DNA of 64,000 nt from a virus. The position numbers and the translations under genes were made by a program. The stretch spans positions 1-64,000 of IMG/VR virus record IMGVR_UViG_3300018036_000004. One strand, given 5' to 3'. Shown one piece after another: positions 56,592-64,000 of this stretch. Below the pieces are notes generated by a model. The model saw nothing but the letters and a program-made list of their open reading frames with translations. It was not told the DNA's origin and ran no database searches. Numbering within the stretch: position 1 is the first letter of the stretch; each line of letters begins with the position of its first letter.

Positions 56592-57239
56592 TTACCACCC
56601 ATAAAAGGACAATACATCTTCTAGGACTTCCTTATCACCCCAAAAGTTCTTCTTTAATTGTTTAATAGCCTCTGGGTCTTGGAATAGTTTGTCACCATAG
56701 TCTTTAAAGGACTTATCAATAGTCTTAAAGTGTTTTTCAATTAAAGATGTAAGTTGTTTAGTGTTGTTGAATATAGTTAAAGGGATGAAAAAGTTTATAG
56801 GTAAGTATACTTTTTTGCTAACAAAAGAGTCTTGTAATGATAACGGACCATCATCCATAATTTCAGCTTCGTATTGTTTATTTCGTTTTAGGTATTCTCT
56901 TGGGATTACACTATACACATTAAAGTACTTATTGTGTACAACATTACAATAGAGGACAAGTTCATCGTCCTCTATTGACACAGAAACCTCAAATACACAA
57001 GCTAGTTGTAAGTGTCTGGTGTTTACTACCGTAAACACATTACCTTCGTCTTGTTCCATAACACTAAAATTACCAGACCAAGGTAAGTTTTCAAAGTCGT
57101 TTATACCATTAACGATGTCTATTAGTGGTTGTAGTTGGGGTAATAAGTCTAAGGAATCTGCTAACAATTCCGCTTGTTGTATTAAAGAAGGATCGTTTCT
57201 TAATACTAATTCTTGTAGTTTTTCAATTTCTGAGGACAT
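56592..57239 (-). CDS. hypothetical protein with N-terminal tag helix
   Basis: KLQELVLRNDPSLIQQAELLADSLDL. Confidence 0.7.
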   Translation of the reverse strand: MSSEIEKLQELVLRNDPSLIQQAELLADSLDLLPQLQPLIDIVNGINDFENLPWSGNFSVMEQDEGNVFTVVNTRHLQLACVFEVSVSIEDDELVLYCNVVHNKYFNVYSVIPREYLKRNKQYEAEIMDDGPLSLQDSFVSKKVYLPINFFIPLTIFNNTKQLTSLIEKHFKTIDKSFKDYGDKLFQDPEAIKQLKKNFWGDKEVLEDVLSFYGW

Positions 57240-57282
57240 ATTTTCTCCAATAGTTAGTAAATATTAAAGAACTATTAAAGAA

Positions 57283-57513
57283 CTATTGTGAGTCTATATA
57301 GGCCTGTATATCTTCTATAGCTTGGTCCACTGTACTAGGTATTTCATCATAAGATAAGTAGGAATCCAAACTATCCGAAATATATTGTAAGGCTAGTTCT
57401 AAAGGTTGTTCTAACTTAATACAAGCTAAAACAGCACATGCTATGGCTTGGAAAAATTGTGGATTGTTCTTTTCTTGTTCAACCCACTTTTGAAACTCTT
57501 GTTCAATACTCAT
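57283..57513 (-). CDS. hypothetical protein
   Basis: ATGA coupling with the PRTase gene. Confidence 0.55.
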   Translation of the reverse strand: MSIEQEFQKWVEQEKNNPQFFQAIACAVLACIKLEQPLELALQYISDSLDSYLSYDEIPSTVDQAIEDIQAYIDSQ

Positions 57514-57932
57514 AGTTCCCACCAGAACTCAATCCAAGACCCATCGTGTAAGTGTAACCAATCCACATTATGTAAATTGTCCTTACCATAAACACATAAA
57601 GTATTCATTTTACCTTTAAACTGTTTTAAGTCGAACTGAATAGTTTGAATGGTATGTCCTGTATCGTAAATATCATCTAACAATAAATAGGACTTACTAG
57701 ATTGTAAGTCTGCATCATGAATAAAAGATACGGCTTTATCTTTATTGTCGTAAGTCTGGTACTTAACAATAGACACAGGTAAGTCGTGTATGTTACTTAG
57801 ATGCACACCCATAGGTAAACTACCTCTATAAACACACACAATATGGTCAATGTTATTTTCCTTAATGTACTCACCTATTCTTTGTATGTCCGTCTGATAC
57901 ATATCTATAGAATATAAAGTTTTATTTATCAT
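57510..57932 (-). CDS. type I phosphoribosyltransferase (purine salvage-like)
   Basis: VYRG, PRPP loop LLLDDIYDTGHT, WI.F.WE. Confidence 0.85.
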   Translation of the reverse strand: MINKTLYSIDMYQTDIQRIGEYIKENNIDHIVCVYRGSLPMGVHLSNIHDLPVSIVKYQTYDNKDKAVSFIHDADLQSSKSYLLLDDIYDTGHTIQTIQFDLKQFKGKMNTLCVYGKDNLHNVDWLHLHDGSWIEFWWEL

Positions 57933-57933
57933 G

Positions 57934-58893
57934 TCATTCTCCTAACTCTAAATAATGTAAAACCATTTCTCTAACTTCATTAGATACTTCTAAGTTATTA
58001 ATACTGTCGTGTAAAGTGTCTTCTGTTTTAGTGTTCAGTTGTTCTTGTAATTTGTGTACAAAAGAATCCATCTCCATCTGTCTCTCTACTTGGCGTCTAC
58101 GACCTTCCATATCAAACACTTGCTCTGGAGCCTTAACTTTTAAAGGCTTTTGTGTACATACCACACCTTCTTTTGTACATTCTATTAACACACAACAAGG
58201 TATACGATTAACTTCGTCTTCAGATAAAGAACCACGCGTTAATGAGCCTGTATTAATAATAGTCTTATTACCTACTTGTGTAATACCTTGGTTCTTATGC
58301 CAGTGTCCAAAACAAAACACATCAGGCTCTAAGTCTTCTAAGTCACTATACTTAATAATGTCTTCACCCTCAAACATGGTACCGCCTTTCTCACTGGCTA
58401 GTATATGGGCTACACATATTAGTATATCTTCGTTCCCTTTCTTTATATGTTCAAACAAAGACTTGTCATAACTAGGACCTGGATAAGGAACACCAACTAC
58501 TCGTACTTTAAAGCCATCCTTTTCAAACACTACCTCATGTTCGTTATACAATCTTTTAAAGATACCTGTAGCATACAACACACCTAAAGGTTGTTGTGGT
58601 AGGAACTTATAATCTCCATACACACTGTCATGATTACCAGGGCAACAGTAAACGGGTATCTTGTAATCAATATGGTGTTCACTTGTCTTAATAATAAGTT
58701 TATGAGAGTTTTTTGTAGGAGACTTAACATGAAAAAAGTCACCCCCATCTAAGATAGCCATTGCGTTATTTGTGTAGGCTATATCCCTAACTTGTCCTAG
58801 TTTTTCTAATACTGTATCATCCCAGTCATCTAAACGAGAACTAGGTTTATGATCAGACATATGAACATCCGTTCGCCATACTAAGTTAATCAT
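57934..58893 (-). CDS. sbcD: SbcD/Mre11-like metallophosphoesterase nuclease
   Basis: TDVH, GGDFF, PGNHD, FGHWH, N.GS..R. Confidence 0.88.
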   Translation of the reverse strand: MINLVWRTDVHMSDHKPSSRLDDWDDTVLEKLGQVRDIAYTNNAMAILDGGDFFHVKSPTKNSHKLIIKTSEHHIDYKIPVYCCPGNHDSVYGDYKFLPQQPLGVLYATGIFKRLYNEHEVVFEKDGFKVRVVGVPYPGPSYDKSLFEHIKKGNEDILICVAHILASEKGGTMFEGEDIIKYSDLEDLEPDVFCFGHWHKNQGITQVGNKTIINTGSLTRGSLSEDEVNRIPCCVLIECTKEGVVCTQKPLKVKAPEQVFDMEGRRRQVERQMEMDSFVHKLQEQLNTKTEDTLHDSINNLEVSNEVREMVLHYLELGE

Positions 58894-60058
58894 TGTGTAC
58901 CTTTTTACATACAGGACATTCACCTAACTCACCAAGAGTATCCTGTATAAAACCTTGTACTTTATGATACTGTATCTCACACTCTTGTATAGAGTGTTGT
59001 TGTGTATTTATTTGTGTTTGTACACTCTTAAGTTGTTCACTTAACTTAAGTACTTTACTTAAAGTACTTTGTATTTTTAATAACTTTGTACTATCTGGTA
59101 ACTCTGGTATGTCTTGTTGATAAGTGTCCACTAAGTCCACACATTGGACATATCTAGTGTTTAAGGCTTGTACCCTTTGTATCTTACTTACAAGTTGTGT
59201 AAAGTCTGTTGTGGGTACTTGTACCTCTTTTAAACCACTATACTTATTCAAAGTACTTTTACAATTGTTTTGTCTTGTAAGTAGTTGTCCTACTTTAGTT
59301 AAACCTAAATGTAATCTTTCGACTTTACTTTTATCTGGTATTGTTAAACCTTCTAAGTCTTTATACTGTTCTACAACCTGTTTACAAGAGTTGTACTTAT
59401 CTTGTAAATCCTGTACTTGTGTAATTGTAGTTTGTATCTTTTGTAGTTTAAGTTGTAACAGTTCCAAGCCTTCAAACATACTTTCAAGAGTATCAAAGCC
59501 TTTATACACTTGTAAGGCTTCTTCTTGTTTAACTAAGTCTTGTTCTCTTACTTTTAACTCACTAGTTACAGATCGTTTATCCTTTTCCGCTAGCCTTAAA
59601 GCATTATTTAAACGACCTACCTTTTCAACATCAGATAAGGCTTCTCCTAATACAGCACCTGTTTCGTTTACAAGAAATAAAGTTCCTTGGAACTGTTTTG
59701 CTATCTGTGGCCAGATTACAGTATTACCGGCTTGAATCGGTTTAACACCTAAATCATTTAGTTCTTCAGGAACACCTCGTCCTACAGTTTCTAACTTATA
59801 ACCATTAATAGTATAAGCGTTTACTTTAGGTCCCTTTTCCCAAGTTACAGTTTGACCATCTTCAAACGATAAGTCTACTGTTAACTGCTTCTGTCCATGA
59901 CGAACTAAAGGGCCACTAGGAGAGTTTTCAAACACACCCCTAATAGCCCTCATTAACGCCGTCTTACCAGAGTTGTTGGGACCTGTAACTACTGTTAGAC
60001 CATTAATGTCTAGTGTTACATCTTTAAGGCTTTGGAAATTCTGTACTCTAACTTTCAT
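58886..60058 (-). CDS. SbcC/Rad50-like ATPase, N-terminal half only
   Basis: NFQS, GPNNSGKT, Q-loop, coiled coil, terminal CPVC; no signature motif or Walker B. Confidence 0.85.
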   Translation of the reverse strand: MKVRVQNFQSLKDVTLDINGLTVVTGPNNSGKTALMRAIRGVFENSPSGPLVRHGQKQLTVDLSFEDGQTVTWEKGPKVNAYTINGYKLETVGRGVPEELNDLGVKPIQAGNTVIWPQIAKQFQGTLFLVNETGAVLGEALSDVEKVGRLNNALRLAEKDKRSVTSELKVREQDLVKQEEALQVYKGFDTLESMFEGLELLQLKLQKIQTTITQVQDLQDKYNSCKQVVEQYKDLEGLTIPDKSKVERLHLGLTKVGQLLTRQNNCKSTLNKYSGLKEVQVPTTDFTQLVSKIQRVQALNTRYVQCVDLVDTYQQDIPELPDSTKLLKIQSTLSKVLKLSEQLKSVQTQINTQQHSIQECEIQYHKVQGFIQDTLGELGECPVCKKVHND

Positions 60059-60105
60059 AATATATAGTACAATATAAGTACTAAAAGTTAGAGGGTTATT
60101 CTAAT

Positions 60106-60645
60106 TTATCTTGTCCCAGGTATTAGTTTAAGGAACTTAGGGTCGTCCATTAGTTTCTTTAAAATAGGCTCTAACCTTGTTAAGTTTTTCTCAAAAGTAG
60201 TATCAATAAAGTCCAACATATCGTCGTAAGACATCTCTAATACATCTGTGGATACTACGGGTACTTTTCTGTTTAGGATTTGAGTTTGTACAAACTCAAA
60301 GGCCTTATTATTACCTCTCCAAGATCCAGCAGAAGAAGGATTGATTGTATACATAACACCATTACCTGTAAGTTTTACACCTGTATGTAACTCTCCATCC
60401 CTAATGATAGCGGTTGGCTCTAAAGACACATATAAACCAAAGTTGGTAGACATCCATTCCATATAGGTAGATTCTAACTCTGTATTTTTAATTTCTATTA
60501 ACTGTGTAAGTCTGTAATTGTATACCGCGGAATTAAAAACATCCCTTTCCTGTTTTGTTAAAGGTAAAGAATCCGCTAACACAATTGCTTGTGTTACTAA
60601 GGAATCGTCTTCTTTTTCTACTAAATCCAATAACTTATGTAACAT
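60106..60645 (-). CDS. hypothetical protein with N-terminal tag helix
   Basis: KLLDLVEKEDDSLVTQAIVLADSLPL. Confidence 0.7.
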   Translation of the reverse strand: MLHKLLDLVEKEDDSLVTQAIVLADSLPLTKQERDVFNSAVYNYRLTQLIEIKNTELESTYMEWMSTNFGLYVSLEPTAIIRDGELHTGVKLTGNGVMYTINPSSAGSWRGNNKAFEFVQTQILNRKVPVVSTDVLEMSYDDMLDFIDTTFEKNLTRLEPILKKLMDDPKFLKLIPGTR

Positions 60646-60674
60646 TGTCTTATACTCCCTTTATTAAACTAAGA

Positions 60675-61271
60675 CTATTTACACAAAGGTGTAGCCTTAT
60701 TTAATCGTGTCAGTTTAGGGTCCATTGCTAAGAACTTGGTTTTAAGGTGAACCTTAGCAGATATGTCATTCCAATAGTGTTCCACTACATCTTCCACTTT
60801 ATCCCAAGTATCGTCTACTGTGGTATCTATAGTTAGTTCCTTAAAGGCACCTTTAAGTTCTTTCTCTGCATACTTAAATGCCTTGTTACCGATAGAGCTT
60901 TGATAGTACCAGTTACCGTTCTTAGGGCAAAAGTAGATCATGTCGTCAAACCTTATACCCACACGAATAATGTTTGGGGCAATACTTACAGGCTCGATTT
61001 GGAAACTGAATGAGTAAGAGTCACTTTTACTCCCATCAGCAAAACCTAAACCTGGATTTTGTATACTGCGACCAACACTAACATAGTCATTAGAACCCCA
61101 ACCATTAAAGAATATGTTGGGTAGCACTAAGGCAATCTCTGTTTCCAACGCATAAATCTCTTGGGCATTAAGACCTACTAAGTACATAAGTTCTTTTACT
61201 TGTTCAATGTAAGCGAGGTTACCTGTTTCAACAAGTCTCATTAACTTTATTGCGTCTTCTGATAATCTCAT
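60675..61271 (-). CDS. hypothetical protein with N-terminal tag helix
   Basis: KLMRLVETGNLAYIEQVKELMYLVGL. Confidence 0.7.
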   Translation of the reverse strand: MRLSEDAIKLMRLVETGNLAYIEQVKELMYLVGLNAQEIYALETEIALVLPNIFFNGWGSNDYVSVGRSIQNPGLGFADGSKSDSYSFSFQIEPVSIAPNIIRVGIRFDDMIYFCPKNGNWYYQSSIGNKAFKYAEKELKGAFKELTIDTTVDDTWDKVEDVVEHYWNDISAKVHLKTKFLAMDPKLTRLNKATPLCK

Positions 61272-61273
61272 TC

Positions 61274-61846
61274 TTAAAATCCTGCGTAGGATCTAAAAGC
61301 CGATTGATTAACCCATCTTTGGGCTTCCCCTGCTAAACGGTTAATACGATTACGAAAGTATCTTTCTGCATACTTAACAAAGTCTTCGTATTCTGTATCC
61401 CACTTAACTTCAAACAAACCAGGTCCTAACTTTTTGTTAAGAACCTTAATAGCAAAATCATCGGCTCTTTTATTGACATTAGTTTCATTGTTAGAACGAA
61501 AAGGTCCTACAGTAGATCCTCCCTCAAATACAGGCTGAACCTTAATTAAAGGCATGTTTGGATTAGGGTAGAAACCACCAACATAAACAGGAAACATATA
61601 TTCATACTCATCGTCGTCTGTTCGGATTACAAGAACATCTTGTAAGTCATACCGACCATAGTCGTCCCAAATCATTTCAGTGAAAGCTATCTTTTTCCAA
61701 TCTACGATAAGTTCCTTAATGTACTGTTCTTCATCTCTAGGCAACTGTATGTCTTCTAATAAAAGAACAGCCTGATTTACAAACGTTTCATTACCATTAG
61801 TAATTAAGTCTTTAAGTTTTTGAGCGTCTTCTGATAAGTTACGCAT
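61274..61846 (-). CDS. hypothetical protein with N-terminal tag helix
   Basis: KLKDLITNGNETFVNQAVLLLEDIQL. Confidence 0.7.
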   Translation of the reverse strand: MRNLSEDAQKLKDLITNGNETFVNQAVLLLEDIQLPRDEEQYIKELIVDWKKIAFTEMIWDDYGRYDLQDVLVIRTDDDEYEYMFPVYVGGFYPNPNMPLIKVQPVFEGGSTVGPFRSNNETNVNKRADDFAIKVLNKKLGPGLFEVKWDTEYEDFVKYAERYFRNRINRLAGEAQRWVNQSAFRSYAGF

Positions 61847-62404
61847 AGTTTCTCCATAATAAAAAAGGATGTGTTTTAAACAAAAAACACATCCTTATAT
61901 ACAATTTATTGCTACTTACATTGCAGGTGTATAGATTGTAGTGTAAACAGTCACAACACCTTTTCTAGTAGTTTCTTCAATGTTTTTTAAGTCCCATTCG
62001 GCACCATAAACTTTATCCAACCATTTTGAAACAGGTCCCCAAATTGAGTGTGCATGGTCCAGCAATACCTCGTCCCACAAGTCATAATCTTCTTCTTCTA
62101 ACATAATTAATTCTTGGTGTTGTTGGGGTGTCAGTTTCTTAGATAACTCAAGATCTAGTTGTCCCTTATATTCATCTTGCTCTACTTTAATACCTCGAAA
62201 ATTCTTTTCTAAGGCTTTGATAAGTTCAGGCATATCAAACTTATCGAAGTTACCGGCTTGTTTAGTTGAAAGGGCTTCTACTTCTTGTTTAAGACTAGCT
62301 ACTTGGTTAGCCAATCTTTTTAGGGTTTGTTTATTAGTCATAGTTTCTCCATAATAAAAAAGGATGTGTTTAAACATAAACACATCCTTATATACAATTT
62401 ATTG
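61844..62404 (-). repeat. duplicated ~66-bp leader cassette (61844-61911 and 62339-62404)
   Basis: Near-identical CAATAAATTGTATATAAGGATGTGTTT..AAACACATCCTTTTTTATTATGGAGAAACTATG. Confidence 0.9.
61916..62341 (-). CDS. hypothetical protein with KQAG leader
   Basis: GGAG RBS; MTNKQTLKRLANQVASLKQEVEALSTKQAG. Confidence 0.7.
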   Translation of the reverse strand: MTNKQTLKRLANQVASLKQEVEALSTKQAGNFDKFDMPELIKALEKNFRGIKVEQDEYKGQLDLELSKKLTPQQHQELIMLEEEDYDLWDEVLLDHAHSIWGPVSKWLDKVYGAEWDLKNIEETTRKGVVTVYTTIYTPAM

Positions 62405-62412
62405 AAAATGTT

Positions 62413-63621
62413 TTAGAGATCTAAATCGTCTAAATCACTTAAAACATTATCGATGTCATTACCTGCCGTATCTTCCTCTTCGTCTTCATCTGTAAAGTTA
62501 TCTGCGGCCCCTGTACCCAATAATGGTAAGACAGTGTTACGCAAAGATAAGTAGTCGTCTTCAGATTGTATTAAGTGTGTTCTTAAACGCTCTGTACCTT
62601 GTAGTTTTAACGGACCACTTGGACAAGTTTCCCAAGTTAACCAAGAACCACCTTTCTTAATAATACCGTGAGCAATGGCAATTTCCATCATAGTACGAAC
62701 ATTGTCAATACCTTCACCCCAACGAATATAAAAGATCTCTTGACGACCTTGGGATCGTGACATCTTACACTTAACGGCTTCCACTTTAATAATACCACCC
62801 ACAACACGTTCATCTGTTTTATGAGTAAGTTTATTGTGTTCCTTAGCCTTTTCGTTTTGTACACGCCGTAATTCCAATCTAACAGAAGAATAAAACTTCC
62901 AAGCATTTCCACCTTGTGGTTTACTTTGTTTACCCATACTGTTCATTGTAGCACGGATCTGTGAGATACCAATAATAGCAGTTCCAGTCTTAGCGATAAC
63001 TTTCTTTAAGTTAGGTAGTTCCTGTGACCATACAGATTGTAACTCACCAATCTTACCTTGCTCTGCTACATCCAAGGCGTCTCGTTCAGATAGTCTTCTT
63101 GGAATAGCGGCTCCCACAGAGTCAAACACAATAATGTCAACACCAGCAGCGGCGTATGCCATTGCATACTTAATACCATCTTCTAAAGACTCTGGTTGTA
63201 ATAACTCAAAACGATCAGGGTCTGTAATAGGAACACCAAGTGCCATTGCATAATCAGGAACAATGTCGTTTTCCCAATCAATGTAAAGTGCGGAACCACC
63301 TTCAGCACAAACACGAGCACATGCTTCCAAACATAAAGTAGTTTTACCAGCCGACTCATGTCCCCATACTTGGGTAACACGACCACGAGGAAAACCTGGA
63401 CAAGGGGCTACACCAAACTTATTAGGTTCACCTCCAATAAGATAATCTACTACATCTGAACCACTACTAATGTGAGGTAAGGATTCTTTTAATGCGTCAT
63501 CATCCAAGGCTACACGAATACTGGTAAAGTCCTTACCAGCTTTCTTTTTTAAGTATTCACGAGCGGCTGCAAGTGGGTTAGACCCACCACTTTGTATTTC
63601 ACTTTTAGCTTTCTTAGCCAT
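62413..63621 (-). CDS. recA: RecA/UvsX recombinase
   Basis: GHESAGKTT, IVFDSV, ISQIR, GGNAWKFYSSVRLE, K.GSW. Confidence 0.95.
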   Translation of the reverse strand: MAKKAKSEIQSGGSNPLAAAREYLKKKAGKDFTSIRVALDDDALKESLPHISSGSDVVDYLIGGEPNKFGVAPCPGFPRGRVTQVWGHESAGKTTLCLEACARVCAEGGSALYIDWENDIVPDYAMALGVPITDPDRFELLQPESLEDGIKYAMAYAAAGVDIIVFDSVGAAIPRRLSERDALDVAEQGKIGELQSVWSQELPNLKKVIAKTGTAIIGISQIRATMNSMGKQSKPQGGNAWKFYSSVRLELRRVQNEKAKEHNKLTHKTDERVVGGIIKVEAVKCKMSRSQGRQEIFYIRWGEGIDNVRTMMEIAIAHGIIKKGGSWLTWETCPSGPLKLQGTERLRTHLIQSEDDYLSLRNTVLPLLGTGAADNFTDEDEEEDTAGNDIDNVLSDLDDLDL

Positions 63622-63650
63622 AGTTATTTCTCCACATAGAGTTGTTAGTT

Positions 63651-64000
63651 TTATTTTTGTGACCAAAGGAAGAACCGATCTTCTTCTCTATACATCATCC
63701 CAGTACGAACAGTTTTACCCGCTTTCTTACCACGAGAAAAAGTATGTTCCTTAGTAAAGTACTTCTTTTCAACTGAGTTTAATAGGCTTTCTGTAGTGTT
63801 TCCTAAATAAAAATTCCAGAATGAAGCCGACAATCTAGCAACATGATAAGCGTCGGCTTCATTGTGATTTATTCTACCAAAACCACCGTCTACTTTAGCC
63901 GCTTCACACATATCCATTTTATCCATAGCCCAACCTTTAGGTCTATCTATTAGTAAACGAGCATATGCTTTAACTTGTAAAGGTGACCAGAATACAACAT
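63651..64000 (-). CDS. RuvC-like Holliday junction resolvase, 5'-truncated by the window
   Basis: Frame open to the window end: SPLQVK...K..M...NHNEADA. Confidence 0.65.
   Translation of the reverse strand, partial: VVFWSPLQVKAYARLLIDRPKGWAMDKMDMCEAAKVDGGFGRINHNEADAYHVARLSASFWNFYLGNTTESLLNSVEKKYFTKEHTFSRGKKAGKTVRTGMMYREEDRFFLWSQK

Noticed and set aside
1-64000. Genome-wide stop-codon reassignment
   Set aside because: Conserved genes are full length under code 11, and TGA, TAG and TAA all end genes, including ATGA overlaps. Only the 55281 UGA looks special.
1-64000. Eukaryotic giant virus or bacterial chromosome origin
   Set aside because: SD sequences, a tail sheath, an endolysin, a bacterial-type tRNA and the absence of housekeeping operons indicate a tailed phage.

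Overview
A 64 kb segment of an AT-rich, large contractile-tailed (jumbo/myovirus-like) bacteriophage genome. Evidence: dense small genes, a 1716-aa tail sheath, endolysin, RecA, SbcCD-like, RuvC-like, 5'-3' exonuclease, orphan DNA methyltransferases and one tRNA-Ala. A GltF/CglF-like gliding-motility gene and WGR-domain genes suggest a Myxococcota/Bdellovibrionota-type host (inference). Layout: (i) 1-16.8 kb and 40.5-64 kb hold virion/late-type and replication genes; (ii) 17.4-40.2 kb is an early/host-takeover-like island with 18 copies of a fixed-spacing promoter-hairpin cassette (ACTCTC-N14-TTCCTATA-N7-GTGG..CCAC), bounded by two non-coding segments where strand composition flips and short tandem repeats occur. 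Most notable observations: a roughly 25-aa helical tag and a basic K/R-x-A leader grafted onto many unrelated cargo proteins, including three LRR proteins; an in-frame UGA followed by a SECIS-like hairpin at the N-terminus of a Dps/ferritin-like gene (candidate phage selenoprotein); a split, order-permuted CobT-like HExxH/vWA pair next to an AAA+ ATPase with atypical Walker motifs; a covarying RNA hairpin at four ribosome-binding sites; and a half-SbcC ending at its zinc hook. All family assignments come from recognising motifs by eye; no database searches were run.
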